From an uncultured delta proteobacterium (GTDB taxonomy: Bacteria > Desulfobacterota > Desulfobacteria > Desulfobacterales > QNYZ01): a DNA stretch of 64,000 nt. Where the stretch lies: contig CAWJQU010000003.1 in NCBI GenBank assembly GCA_963845145.1, positions 192,001-256,000 of the forward strand. Reading direction: 5' to 3'. Shown here piece by piece: positions 10,803 to 21,111 of this stretch; position 1 is the stretch's first letter, and the number at the start of each line of letters is the position of its first letter. The notes below the pieces were generated by a model. That model was not told where the DNA came from. It was given only the letters and a program-made list of their open reading frames with translations, and ran no database searches. A program made the position numbers and the translations under genes.

Positions 10803-11513
10803 TCACATGCCCAAAAATATCTCCTTTAGATGCTCGTTGTTGAGCGCTTCCTCCTTCTTTCCTTCAAAAGAGATTTGTCCCTCTTCCATGACATAAATTT
10901 TATCTGCCAGTTCCGCGATTTGAGGAATATTTTGTTCCACCAACAAAACGGTCTTCCCCTGTTCATTTATATGTTTGATGGTAGAAAAGATCTCTTGCCG
11001 TAAGCTGGGTTGAAGACCTAAAGAGGGCTCATCAATGCACAAAAAATCTGCATTGGACATCAACCCCCTCGCCACGGCCAGCATGCGGGCTTCCCCCCCG
11101 CTCATGGTTGATGCCACCTGTTTTTGTCGGTCCTTAAGCCGGGGAAAAAGAGCGAAGACCCGCTCTAAGTTCTCCCTTTCGTGGGGCCGTGCGTTTTTCG
11201 AGTAGGCACCTAGCTTGAGGTTTTCCAACACGGTCATGTCAGGAAATAATTCACGGTTTTCGGCAATATAGGTGATCCCCATATTAACGATCTTTTCCGT
11301 TGGCAATCCGTTTATCGCATGTCCCTGGTAATCAATCTTTCCCTCAACCTTTTCCACCAACCCACAAATCGATTTTAAGAGGGTGCTTTTGCCATGACCG
11401 TTTGGGCCGAGCATAACCACCACCTGACCCTGGTCCACTGAAATAGAGACCTCATTAAGCACTTGCGCTTCACTATAATAGGCCTTCAGATCAGTCACGT
11501 TTAGCATACGCAT
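10803..11513 (-). CDS. Liv-type ABC ATPase (LivF-like)
   Basis: GPNGHGKS Walker A, MSGGE signature, IDEPSLGL, LLVEQN. Start probably ATG 11513 or 11507. Confidence 0.9.
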   Translation of the reverse strand: MRMLNVTDLKAYYSEAQVLNEVSISVDQGQVVVMLGPNGHGKSTLLKSICGLVEKVEGKIDYQGHAINGLPTEKIVNMGITYIAENRELFPDMTVLENLKLGAYSKNARPHERENLERVFALFPRLKDRQKQVASTMSGGEARMLAVARGLMSNADFLCIDEPSLGLQPSLRQEIFSTIKHINEQGKTVLLVEQNIPQIAELADKIYVMEEGQISFEGKKEEALNNEHLKEIFLGM

Positions 11514-12210
11514 CACCCAGGTAGCTTTTGATGACATCGGGATTGCTGGTAACAATTTGGGGTGTATCACAGCAGACCATTTGACCCGATTCGAGTATGA
11601 GCAACTTTTCTGTAAGTTCGGTGAGTACTTTCATAAAGTGCTCGATGATAATAACTGTAATGCCGAGCTCCACGTTAATTTTGCGGATCAGGACCATCAG
11701 GTCTTTGATCTCTTTGGCATTGGATCCAGCCATGGGCTCATCCAGCATAAGAATTTTAGGCTTTGTCGCCAGGGAGGCCCCGATCATGAGCTTCTTTTTT
11801 CCCATCAGATTGAGTTTCCCGGTCATTTGAGTTCGCTCATTTTCAAGTCCCACAAAATGAATGACCTCCTCCACATGGCCTGGATTCAAGCCTTTTTGTG
11901 TGCCGAAACGACTCCCGGCGCAAATGCTTTTTTGAACGGTAAGGCTGGGAAAGATTTGTGGAATCTGAAAGGTACGGGCAATTCCCGCTTTTGAGATACG
12001 ATAGGGGGGCAGGCCGGTAATACTCTTACCCTCAAATTGGATATCTCCTTGGTAATCATAGTTGCCGGTTATCAGATTAAATACGGTCGACTTCCCGGCA
12101 CCATTGGGCCCTGCAATTCCGTATATCTGCCCCTTCTTCACGTGGAAGCTCAAATCATCCACGGCAACGAGCTCGTCAAATTTTTTGGTCACTTGTGTGG
12201 CTTTCAACAT
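11491..12210 (-). CDS. Liv-type ABC ATPase (LivG-like)
   Basis: GPNGAGKST, GIARTFQIP, LDEPMAG, IIEH, SYLG. Confidence 0.9.
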   Translation of the reverse strand: MLKATQVTKKFDELVAVDDLSFHVKKGQIYGIAGPNGAGKSTVFNLITGNYDYQGDIQFEGKSITGLPPYRISKAGIARTFQIPQIFPSLTVQKSICAGSRFGTQKGLNPGHVEEVIHFVGLENERTQMTGKLNLMGKKKLMIGASLATKPKILMLDEPMAGSNAKEIKDLMVLIRKINVELGITVIIIEHFMKVLTELTEKLLILESGQMVCCDTPQIVTSNPDVIKSYLGDAYAKRD

Positions 12211-12266
12211 AATACTTTATGCATGACTTTTAGGCTCAAAGTACATTTTGCCTCCCAAGATCGGGG

Positions 12267-13334
12267 CTATTTTATGGCCATAGCGACAGCATCGGAAATA
12301 GCAGAGCGGTGGGTTTCAAGCCAGCTCATCAAACGCACATTGTGTTTTAGATAAACCAGATATTCTTTGTCGATGGCTTCTTTACTACCACAAAATTTCG
12401 AAACTTCCCAGTAGAGAAGATAAATATTGGCGATGACTAACATCTTCGGCAGCAATCGTTGCTCTTGTTCACTTAAAGGGGTGAGGTCTTTCAGGCCCTT
12501 TAGCCGATTCTGATAACTCTCTAAAAAAAGCGCGGCTTTACCCAAGCGCAGTTCGCCGTCTCGCCGCCCGTTCCACCGACTGCAAAAATAGATAGTGGCC
12601 ATACAGACGTCGAACAAGCGCAGGTCCATTTTCGACCAGTCAAAATCGAAAAGACCTGTAACCGCCTCTCCCTCCCACTTGAGGTTACCGGGATGAAAAT
12701 CATAATGAGCGGGAATAACCGGCAAATTATTGACTTCATTGGGTACAGCGGCATGGCGCGCAATAGCGCCGAGAATGTCATTCAGATTGGCCCGAAAATA
12801 AGATTGAAATTCACCCGCTTTCATTTTTTGCCCGAGGCTCATAAGTTTTTTAACAATGATGGGCAAAAACTCCGCAATCGGCGGCTCTCTTCTTTTAAGC
12901 TGCTCAGGATTAAAATCCCAGACCGCATGATGAAATTCGGCTAGCACGCTTGCAGCGTTTCTGAATTCAGTGTCCGTTAAATGGGTATCCGTCCAGGTAT
13001 ACTTATCCTCTCCCCTAAGGTATTCAAAAACAGAGAACATTTTATTGCTGTTTGCCGGTTTCACCAGTGTTTTTCCGTTTTCGGTCGGCACCAGTCCAGC
13101 ACAAATGGTCAATCCCTTTGCAATGGCATGGCTGATCAATGTATGTTCGAATTGGATTTCCTGGCGAGTCATTCCCTCCTTGTACTGGCAGACAAAATAA
13201 GTGTGGTTAAGCCGGTCTTTTCGCGTATGAATACAAAATCCCCGATTGTTAAACCCACCGAAGATTTCAGTCACCTTACAGACCATGCCGATATCGTAAT
13301 ACTTTTCGATGATCTCAGAAACCTGCTTATCCAA
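12267..13334 (-). CDS. APH/choline-kinase-like phosphotransferase (homoserine kinase type II-like)
   Basis: Brenner-type HYDFHPGN and FDFD motifs, GGFNN loop; TTG start at 13334 follows GGGAGG. Confidence 0.85.
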   Translation of the reverse strand: MDKQVSEIIEKYYDIGMVCKVTEIFGGFNNRGFCIHTRKDRLNHTYFVCQYKEGMTRQEIQFEHTLISHAIAKGLTICAGLVPTENGKTLVKPANSNKMFSVFEYLRGEDKYTWTDTHLTDTEFRNAASVLAEFHHAVWDFNPEQLKRREPPIAEFLPIIVKKLMSLGQKMKAGEFQSYFRANLNDILGAIARHAAVPNEVNNLPVIPAHYDFHPGNLKWEGEAVTGLFDFDWSKMDLRLFDVCMATIYFCSRWNGRRDGELRLGKAALFLESYQNRLKGLKDLTPLSEQEQRLLPKMLVIANIYLLYWEVSKFCGSKEAIDKEYLVYLKHNVRLMSWLETHRSAISDAVAMAIK

Positions 13335-13352
13335 AAAAAACCTCCCCAATTC

Positions 13353-14645
13353 CTATTCTCTTTTTGGTTTTTCAGATAATGCCCCCTTGTCTACAATTGT
13401 TCTGGCCCACTGATCAAACGCACCCAAATTGGCGGTGGTGTGAAAATCCACATGGTAATCACAACTGGCAACGCGCTGAATAACATCAAGGGCCTGATCA
13501 TCGGTGGGTAAATATAACGGTTTTAATATGTTTTCGTCGGATATTTCCTGTTGGTATTCCCGTTGAGCCTGACAGTCGGAAAGGAAAGCCTTTTCACTGA
13601 AAAAATTAAGGTTATCCAGTACCCCAAAGCAGTGCCGGGCATTGTGAACACCATAATCGCACAGGATGCGACGGCCGCGAATGCCATCTGCCAGGGCCGG
13701 ATCCCCGGGCACTTTTTCTTCCGTACTTCCTCCGGACTGAACGGTTGGCAATCCCGTGACCCACATATTGAGCCGGGCCACAGCCACATTCAACAGATTC
13801 ATAGCATCCTGAGAATACGCCAGATCTCCATCCGGCTTTGTCGTACAGGGCATGCCGCCGAACATGCATAACATCCCCGGATTTACGGTCTGCGCCACAG
13901 CCAGCATGAACAACACTTCCGCATGGGTTACGATGATGCAGGCCTCGGGGGTTTGCGGGGCCGTTCGGCCGGCCAAGGGCATCGTAGTCAAACGCAGGTT
14001 ATTGCCGGCCTTAGCACTTCGAACCAACGCATCCATCATGTCGTCCATGCAGATGAGCGGGGATTTGATACCGCAGATGGAATCGTGCCAATCGTCACGC
14101 CCGGCAAACCATTTAACCGCATCCGTATCATCCATATAGGCACTGCAGGTTACCTTAATACAGTTATCCAATCGATCCATGATTTGGTTGCAGCGCAACG
14201 GATCTCCTTTATGGACCTTGACCGGTTGGCTTAAAAACCGCACCACATCAAGATTTTCGCCCACAACTTCCATCAAATGGGTCAGCTCTTCATAGGTTGC
14301 CGGCAAAGGATAAGGATCTTCTTCTCGGTATAAAAAGGGGGGGATGCCGCCAATACCTAAGGTGTTCATTCCCTCGTCTCCAGCAAAGGTCTTGGCGGCC
14401 GAGGCCAGGCATTGGTCAACGAGCTCCGGCAGTAAATAAATACGGCCAATAGAAGGGTCATAACCGGCCAAGCCGGTGGTTTCCAAAAGCGAGATGATCG
14501 CCGGGTTTTTCGTCTCAATACCGACTTCCGCCAAGACTGCTTTTGTGGTCGCATGGATTCTTTCATATGCCGTTTTTTCAGCCCTGAGCAACTCCTGGTC
14601 CGCTTCCGGCGCCCTGCTTATGGTTGTGTCAATATCGATTTTCAT
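13353..14645 (-). CDS. Trimethylamine methyltransferase MttB-family protein, no in-frame pyrrolysine
   Basis: IHATTKAVLAEVGIE N-terminus, SPL, MPLAGRTAP.T...I...HAEVL...Q..NPG, GG.T..K..D....D; no internal TAG. Divergent and short (430 aa). Confidence 0.82.
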   Translation of the reverse strand: MKIDIDTTISRAPEADQELLRAEKTAYERIHATTKAVLAEVGIETKNPAIISLLETTGLAGYDPSIGRIYLLPELVDQCLASAAKTFAGDEGMNTLGIGGIPPFLYREEDPYPLPATYEELTHLMEVVGENLDVVRFLSQPVKVHKGDPLRCNQIMDRLDNCIKVTCSAYMDDTDAVKWFAGRDDWHDSICGIKSPLICMDDMMDALVRSAKAGNNLRLTTMPLAGRTAPQTPEACIIVTHAEVLFMLAVAQTVNPGMLCMFGGMPCTTKPDGDLAYSQDAMNLLNVAVARLNMWVTGLPTVQSGGSTEEKVPGDPALADGIRGRRILCDYGVHNARHCFGVLDNLNFFSEKAFLSDCQAQREYQQEISDENILKPLYLPTDDQALDVIQRVASCDYHVDFHTTANLGAFDQWARTIVDKGALSEKPKRE

Positions 14646-14698
14646 CGTTTTTTCTCCAACGACATCTTGCCCACTAGCTCGCCGGGGGAAGATTCATT

Positions 14699-17119
14699 TT
14701 ACACCCGAACTTTTTTTCCTTCCGGATCGTAGAGCGCCCTGCTATCTTCGAGCTTTACCGGATAGGTTATCTTGTAAGATTCAACCTCGAAACCTTCTTT
14801 TTCCGAATGGTTTGCAGGAAGGTATCCATAACAGATATTTTTCCCTACTGTGTGCCCAAAGCCTGAACTGGTGGTGACCCCGATTACTTTCCCGTTTTGA
14901 ATAATCGGCGCACTCCCTTGAAGCATCAGCGGTGCATCGGCATTGATCGTGAAGGTGCACAATTTCCATTGGGGCCCTTCCGCCTTTATCTTTTCCAGTG
15001 CCGCTTTGCCGATAAACCCTTCTTTTTCAAGGGCCACGCAAAAACCGATACCGGCGTCGTAAGGCGTGTATTCCGGCGTCAATTCAGACCCCCAATCCGC
15101 GTACCCTTTTTCCAGATGCGTGGACGCAATTGTTCGATACCCGGCATTTGTGATGTTCAGATCCTGCCCGGCCTCCCACAGGGTTTCGTAAACATGACCG
15201 GTAAACTCGGATGGAACGTACAGTTCATAACCGAGCTCTCCCACGTAAGTGATCCGGAATGCCACCACGGGCGCATAACCCACCATGATCTCTCTGCAAC
15301 CGCCGTAAGGAAATGCCGCGGTGTCAAGATCTGCCCGCGTGACCTTTTTCAGCAGATCACGAGACTTGGGTCCTGCCAGATTAAGAACGCCGTAGGCCGA
15401 GGTAACATCGCTGAAAGAAACGGTCCCATCGTCCGGCATGTGGTTTTCAATCCACCAGGAAACCCGAAGTCCAAAGGCAGTCCCCACAACAAGAAAAAAA
15501 CGATCTTCGCCCAAACGCCCTATCGTCATATCACATTCGATAGTTCCGCGTTCATTGCACATCTGGGTATAAATCACTTTACCCACCGGTTGGTCGATCT
15601 GGTTGGCACAGAGCCGATTTAAAAAAACAAGGGCGCCTTTGCCCCGAACTTCGAATTTGCAAAAAGAAGACTGGTCGATAAGTACGACATTTTCACGGAC
15701 ATTTTTATGTTCCGCCGCCACGTGCTCAAACCAGTTGGGAGTCTCAAAGGTATGATCATCTTTTGGCTCGCTTCCTTTTGGCGCAAACCAATTGGCCCGC
15801 TCCCACCCATATTTGGCACCGTACACCGCACCCTTTTCCTTAAGCAGGTAATACAAGGGGCTGCGCCGAACACCACGAGCGGAATCGTGTTCTTCGTGGG
15901 GCCAGTGAATCGTGTAGTGCTTACCGTAAAGTTCGGTGGTCCGGGTTACATTGTAAGTCCGGCTCCGGTGGTAAGGACCAAACCGGCGGATATCCAGCGG
16001 CCATATGTCCAGACTGGGTTCGCCCTCGATAATCCATTCAGCCATCATTTTCCCGGCGCCCCCACCAGCGGCAATACCGAACGCATTGAATCCTGCCGCC
16101 ACATAACAGTTGTCCAGTTCCGGAGCCGGCCCCATGATGGGATCGCCATCGGGGGTAAACGCCTCGGGCCCATTGACCAGCCTTGAAATACCGGCTTCGG
16201 CAAGACACGGGGTTCTCTTCATGGCCGGATTAATGAGGGTCTCAAAATGATCGTAATCCGGATCCAGAAGTTGGGAAGTAAAATCGTTGGCAACCCCATC
16301 AACAGCCCAGGGAATGCCATTTCTTTCATAGCCGCCCATCACCAGGCCACCCACCTCTTCCTTGTAATATAACAGGTTGTCCTTGTCCCTCAGGGTGGGC
16401 AGATTCGGCGGGACTTCCTTGATGACATCGGTTACCAAAAACTGGTGCTGAAAGGGTACCAGGGGAATATTGACGCCCATCATTTGACCCACCTGATATC
16501 CCCACATGCCGGTACAGTTTACGACAGTGTCACACTTGATGTCCCCTTTATCGGTATTGACAACGGACACTCTTTTCCGGTCAAATTCAAATCCGGTTAC
16601 CAGGGTATTCTCATAAATTTTGCCACCGCGGCTTCTGGCTCCGCGGGCCATGGCTTGGGTGATACCGGCTGGATCCGCCTGCCCGTCCGTGGGCATAAAA
16701 GCAGCCCCAATCACATCAGATTCGTCCATGATGGGGAAAAGTGTTTTTGCTTCGGAAGGTGTAATGATATTCATTTCAAGACCAAAACTGCGTGCCGTGG
16801 TGGCGCCCTTTTTCAACTCGAACATCCGCTCGGGCGTCCTCGCCAGATGAAGGCATCCGCTCATTTTCCACCCCGTGGTGAGTCCGGTCTCTTCTTCCAG
16901 TTTATCATACAGGCTAACGCTATACTGTAACATTCGGGTGATGTTTCTCTCCGCACGCAACTGACCCACAAGTCCTGCAGCGTGCCAGGTGGAACCACTG
17001 GTCAACTCCCCTTTTTCAATAATCACCACATCCCGGCACCCCATTTTGGTTAAATGGTAAGCCGTGCTACATCCCACGATACCGCCGCCGATGATGACGA
17101 CCTGCGCACTATCCTGCAT
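14699..17119 (-). CDS. GcvT-fused FAD-dependent oxidoreductase, dimethylglycine/sarcosine dehydrogenase-like (paralog 1)
   Basis: IIGGGIVG; ELTSGSTWHAAG with the covalent-flavin His; NGPEAFTPDG; GWERANWF; RITYVGELGYE folate-binding domain. Confidence 0.92.
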   Translation of the reverse strand: MQDSAQVVIIGGGIVGCSTAYHLTKMGCRDVVIIEKGELTSGSTWHAAGLVGQLRAERNITRMLQYSVSLYDKLEEETGLTTGWKMSGCLHLARTPERMFELKKGATTARSFGLEMNIITPSEAKTLFPIMDESDVIGAAFMPTDGQADPAGITQAMARGARSRGGKIYENTLVTGFEFDRKRVSVVNTDKGDIKCDTVVNCTGMWGYQVGQMMGVNIPLVPFQHQFLVTDVIKEVPPNLPTLRDKDNLLYYKEEVGGLVMGGYERNGIPWAVDGVANDFTSQLLDPDYDHFETLINPAMKRTPCLAEAGISRLVNGPEAFTPDGDPIMGPAPELDNCYVAAGFNAFGIAAGGGAGKMMAEWIIEGEPSLDIWPLDIRRFGPYHRSRTYNVTRTTELYGKHYTIHWPHEEHDSARGVRRSPLYYLLKEKGAVYGAKYGWERANWFAPKGSEPKDDHTFETPNWFEHVAAEHKNVRENVVLIDQSSFCKFEVRGKGALVFLNRLCANQIDQPVGKVIYTQMCNERGTIECDMTIGRLGEDRFFLVVGTAFGLRVSWWIENHMPDDGTVSFSDVTSAYGVLNLAGPKSRDLLKKVTRADLDTAAFPYGGCREIMVGYAPVVAFRITYVGELGYELYVPSEFTGHVYETLWEAGQDLNITNAGYRTIASTHLEKGYADWGSELTPEYTPYDAGIGFCVALEKEGFIGKAALEKIKAEGPQWKLCTFTINADAPLMLQGSAPIIQNGKVIGVTTSSGFGHTVGKNICYGYLPANHSEKEGFEVESYKITYPVKLEDSRALYDPEGKKVRV

Positions 17120-17198
17120 GACATTTCTCCTTACAATATCAGTAAATTTTTATGTTACCCGGTGCCACCCAAAAAACCTTGACCAATAGCGCTTGCCG

Positions 17199-19217
17199 CT
17201 AGTCGGTTGCCTCGTCTACAATTTCCGCAATGTCTTTGACATCTAAACCACCGTTGGCATCGGAGATACCGTCGCCGAGCATCGTTATACAAAAAGGGCA
17301 TGCGGCGGCAACAGTCGATGCGCCGGTTGCAATTAACTCTTCGGCCCGTTCGATATTGATTCTTTTTCCGATATTTTCCTCCATAAACATTCGGGCGCCT
17401 CCGGCCCCGCAGCAAAATCCCTTGTCACCCTTTCGTTTGGGCATCAACAAGTCGGTGCCGCCGTTCACACAGCGAATAAGCGCTTTGGGTGCCTCGACAA
17501 TGCCGTTCCAGCGGCCCAGATAGCAGGAGTCATGAAAGGTAAGATCACCGAGTTGCGTGCCATTTTGTTTAAGGCGGCCTTGTTTAAACAAATCCAGCAA
17601 GAACTCCGTATGGTGGACCACTTGGAATGTCGCACCAAACTGGGGATATTCGTTTTTAATCGTGTTGTAGCAGTGGGGACAGCTGGTGAGAATTTTTTTG
17701 GGATTATAGCGGTTAAATGTTTCGACGTTCTCTATGATCATCGTTTGCGCCAGGTATTCGTTCCCGGCCCGTCGTGCCATGTCGCCGTTACAACGTTCCT
17801 CTTCGCCAAGTATGGCAAAATTGACATTGGCCTTTTTTAATACCCGTGCCAGCGCGCTTGAAATTTTCTTGCCCCGATCATCGAACGAACCCGCACATCC
17901 GACAAAATAGAGTACGTCGGCTTCCGGATTGTCCGCCATCAAGGGCACATCAAGTCCCTTGCTCCAGTTGGCCCGGGTATCATTGGAAAATCCCCACGGG
18001 TTCGACTGGTTTTCCAGATTGGTAAAGGTCTCCTGCATCTCCGGTGGAAACGCTGCTTCCATCAAAACCTGGTATTTCCTTGCTTCGAGAATAATATCCA
18101 GATGCTGAATGTTTACCGGACAGATATCTTCACACGCCCGGCAGGTAGTGCATGACCATAGCACCTCTTCCGAGATGGATACATTGTCGCGAACCAGTGG
18201 CTCAATGGATTCCATGTTTCCGCCTAAAAGCGGCGCTGCCTGGTCGAAAAGGTCATGTTTGACATCAACCACCACCTTCTTGGGAGAGAGGGGCTTTCCG
18301 GTGGCGTCCGCCGGGCACTGCTCCTCGCATCGACCGCATTCGGTACAGGCGTAAAGGTCGAGGACATTTTTCCAGCTTAAGTCCGATACCTTTCCCAACC
18401 CAAAACTTTCTGCATCTTCGTTTTCAATATCGGTCTTGATCATCGCTTTTTCGCGTTCCAATGGTTTTAAAAACACATTGGGAACGGCGGCAAGTAAGTG
18501 AAGGTGCTTGGAACCTGGGATGTAAACCAAAAACCCCAGAATGGTCAGCAAATGAATCCAATAGGAAATTTCATAACCCAGGCTGGTTTGCGATGATGTC
18601 AGAGATGTTAGGTTGAAAAACCGGACAAAACCGGCAGATATCGGGAAAAGACCTGCATAGTCAAAACCGCCTGCTCCTACCGGTTTTTGCATTTGAAACG
18701 CATTAATGAAATGAAAAGAAATGATGATGACCGAAGTAAAAAGAATAATAAGCTTGGCATCCAGGCCATTGGTTAGATAATTGGGTCGGTCCAACAAACG
18801 ACGGTACAGGGCATATCCGAGTCCGATTAAAACGAAAAAGGCAAAAAGGTCAGCCACATAAAGGTAACCCCCATAGATTCCCGGAACGGCCTTGGACAGA
18901 TGCAAACCTGGAAATACACCCTGGATCATCAATTCCAGTGAATGCGGCTGGATGGCAAGGAATCCAAAAAATATCATGGTGTGGGCGATACCGGGTAAGA
19001 TCTTTCGCCGGACGTTTGATTGTCCTAAAATATCCGTAAAAAGTACTTTAATCCTCTCTGTGATCCGGCTGGTGATCTGGTCGACTTTAAGGGTCGCTTC
19101 ACCCTTTACCGCACACATGATATTAAATAGACGCCTAACCCGAACATAAAATATACCGAACGCGGCAATAATAAGGAGTGCCATTGCGAAGGATTTGATC
19201 GTCGTATAAAGATCCAT
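17199..19217 (-). CDS. Membrane Fe-S oxidoreductase with 2x[4Fe-4S] and CCG domains (FadF/EMO-like ETF:quinone oxidoreductase)
   Basis: N-terminal TM helices with His, SKHLH, CTECGRCEEQCP, CTTCRACEDICP, FHDSCYLGR, CCGAGG, CPFC; adjacent to etfAB. Confidence 0.88.
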   Translation of the reverse strand: MDLYTTIKSFAMALLIIAAFGIFYVRVRRLFNIMCAVKGEATLKVDQITSRITERIKVLFTDILGQSNVRRKILPGIAHTMIFFGFLAIQPHSLELMIQGVFPGLHLSKAVPGIYGGYLYVADLFAFFVLIGLGYALYRRLLDRPNYLTNGLDAKLIILFTSVIIISFHFINAFQMQKPVGAGGFDYAGLFPISAGFVRFFNLTSLTSSQTSLGYEISYWIHLLTILGFLVYIPGSKHLHLLAAVPNVFLKPLEREKAMIKTDIENEDAESFGLGKVSDLSWKNVLDLYACTECGRCEEQCPADATGKPLSPKKVVVDVKHDLFDQAAPLLGGNMESIEPLVRDNVSISEEVLWSCTTCRACEDICPVNIQHLDIILEARKYQVLMEAAFPPEMQETFTNLENQSNPWGFSNDTRANWSKGLDVPLMADNPEADVLYFVGCAGSFDDRGKKISSALARVLKKANVNFAILGEEERCNGDMARRAGNEYLAQTMIIENVETFNRYNPKKILTSCPHCYNTIKNEYPQFGATFQVVHHTEFLLDLFKQGRLKQNGTQLGDLTFHDSCYLGRWNGIVEAPKALIRCVNGGTDLLMPKRKGDKGFCCGAGGARMFMEENIGKRINIERAEELIATGASTVAAACPFCITMLGDGISDANGGLDVKDIAEIVDEATD

Positions 19218-19241
19218 GAAGCCTCCGTTAAAAGTCGGGAA

Positions 19242-20192
19242 TTATCCTTTTAGCGCTTCGGTAAGTTGCGGAACGACCTCAAACAGATCTCCCACAATGC
19301 CATAGTTGCATTTACCAAAAATGGGCGCGTCTTTGTCCGTATTGATGCCCACAATCACCTTGGATGTTTTCATCCCGGCAAAGTGCTGCACCGATCCGGA
19401 TAAGCCACAACCGATGTATAGCTTGGGACTAACCGTTTTTCCGGTTTGCCCAACTTGCATACTGTGGGGCGCAAACCCTGCATCCACGGCAGCCCTGGAG
19501 GCGCCCACCGCGGCGCCAAGCACATTGGCACACTCTCGAAGAATATTGAAATTATCAGCCGAATCCATGGGGCGGCCACCGGTAATGATGATGTTGGCCT
19601 CGGTTAAATCGATGGTGCCTGAGTTCACTTTTTTCGTTTCAAGAATCTTTATCTTTCCAAAATCCTCGACCTCAGTGGAAAAATCGATCACTTCGGCGGT
19701 GCTTGACACCTCTTCCGCCTCGACCGCATTGGGTCGCAAGGCACCAATGAGGTAGTCACCGGATAGTTTTAAGGTAGCCATTGTTTTTCCGGAAAAGTGT
19801 GATTTTACAACTGTTGCGGCCTTAAGATCCACGGCGACACAGTCGAGGGCAACGGGTTCATCGAGCAGTATGGCAACCCGGGTGAGGAGATCACGGCCTT
19901 TAATGCTACTCAGACCTAAAAGCTGACTTATATTAAAGTTCTGCATTGCTTTAACGACCGCCGCAGCCTGCAACTCAGGACTTGAAGAGAGATCGACGCC
20001 CTCGCCGGACAACGCGATCACCGTTCCCACACCGTACTTCTCAACCGCTTGCTTACACGTTTTAGAATCTCCACCAAGAAGCAAGGCATAAACATCGTTT
20101 GCGCCACCATCGTGTGCGGCTGTGATCACACCGAAATTGGCAGGTTTAACCTTATCTCCACTTGTTTCAATTATTACGCCAATGTTTGACAT
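19242..20192 (-). CDS. etfA: Electron transfer flavoprotein alpha subunit
   Basis: VGASRAAVDAG, QVGQTGKTVSPKLYI..G.SGSVQH.AGM, INTDKDAPIF. Confidence 0.95.
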   Translation of the reverse strand: MSNIGVIIETSGDKVKPANFGVITAAHDGGANDVYALLLGGDSKTCKQAVEKYGVGTVIALSGEGVDLSSSPELQAAAVVKAMQNFNISQLLGLSSIKGRDLLTRVAILLDEPVALDCVAVDLKAATVVKSHFSGKTMATLKLSGDYLIGALRPNAVEAEEVSSTAEVIDFSTEVEDFGKIKILETKKVNSGTIDLTEANIIITGGRPMDSADNFNILRECANVLGAAVGASRAAVDAGFAPHSMQVGQTGKTVSPKLYIGCGLSGSVQHFAGMKTSKVIVGINTDKDAPIFGKCNYGIVGDLFEVVPQLTEALKG

Positions 20193-20250
20193 CTATATCT
20201 CCTTATAGCGTCACGAACCGTGATAATTTTTTTTACGTAACCGCCCTTTT

Positions 20251-20285
20251 TAACACCCTCAATATTGTTTGATTTGAGGGTGTTA
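20251..20285. other. 12-bp-stem hairpin between etfB and etfA
   Basis: TAACACCCTCAA-11 nt-TTGAGGGTGTTA right after the etfB stop; no U-tract on the coding strand, so mRNA stabiliser rather than terminator. Confidence 0.6.
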
Positions 20286-21065
20286 TTACTCATTTTCGAG
20301 AACCTTATCTTCTTCTTTAAGTAATCGGATCAGCGCTTCAACCATCTCCCGGGTATTCCCTTCAAGCATCTTGGCCTCGCCCCGCTCGGGAACCGGTTCC
20401 AATTTCATGAGTGTGGCTCTCTTGGACGAAGGGGTAATGCCCAATGAGCCTATCTCTATTTGTTTAATCTCTTTTTTCTTTGATTTGAGAATATCGGGCA
20501 GTTTGGGGTAGCGAGGTTCATTTAATCCCTTCGTTGCACCAATAACACATGGTAAGGCAAGTTCTAAAACCTCCCTGTCGCCACCACCGACCTCACATGC
20601 CACAACAGCTCTGTCGCCTTTAATTTCAAAGGAAACGACTTCCGTCGCCACCGGTATCCCGAAAGCAGCCGCCAAACGGTAATGGGTCTGCATTCCCTCA
20701 CTATCCACCGATTGTTTACCGGTAAAGATAAGATCGGGTGTTCCATCTTGTTCAATCGCCGCCTTTAATATACGGGCAGTATAGCCACTATCCATAAACT
20801 GTTCGTCCGTCTTAACCAGTATTGCCCGATCGGCGCCAACGGCAAGAGCACTGCGGATGGTGTTGACCGCAGCCTTTTTACCGACAGAGACGATCACCAC
20901 TTCGCCGCCCATTTTTTTGACCAGTTGAACCGCTTCTTCCACGGCATATTCATCGTATGGGTTGAGAACAAACTTGACCGACTCGTCAAAACCGGTATCC
21001 CCAACCGCTTTTATCCTTGCTGCTGTATCGGGGACATGCTTTACGCATACATAGATCTTCATCAT
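20286..21065 (-). CDS. etfB: Electron transfer flavoprotein beta subunit
   Basis: VCVKHVPDT, NPYDEYAVEEA, GKQSVD, LNEPRYP. Confidence 0.95.
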   Translation of the reverse strand: MMKIYVCVKHVPDTAARIKAVGDTGFDESVKFVLNPYDEYAVEEAVQLVKKMGGEVVIVSVGKKAAVNTIRSALAVGADRAILVKTDEQFMDSGYTARILKAAIEQDGTPDLIFTGKQSVDSEGMQTHYRLAAAFGIPVATEVVSFEIKGDRAVVACEVGGGDREVLELALPCVIGATKGLNEPRYPKLPDILKSKKKEIKQIEIGSLGITPSSKRATLMKLEPVPERGEAKMLEGNTREMVEALIRLLKEEDKVLENE

Positions 21066-21111
21066 ATCTTCCTTTTAAATATTTTTTTCCTACTTATATA
21101 CATATCGAAGG

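Noticed and set aside
13334..13355. The mttB stop is TAG and in frame with the downstream kinase (TAG GAA TTG GGG AGG...), hinting at pyrrolysine readthrough into a fusion
   Set aside because: Pyl in MttB is internal at the active site, not terminal; the kinase has its own GGGAGG RBS and TTG start; no pyl genes in the window; in-frame adjacency occurs by chance one time in three.
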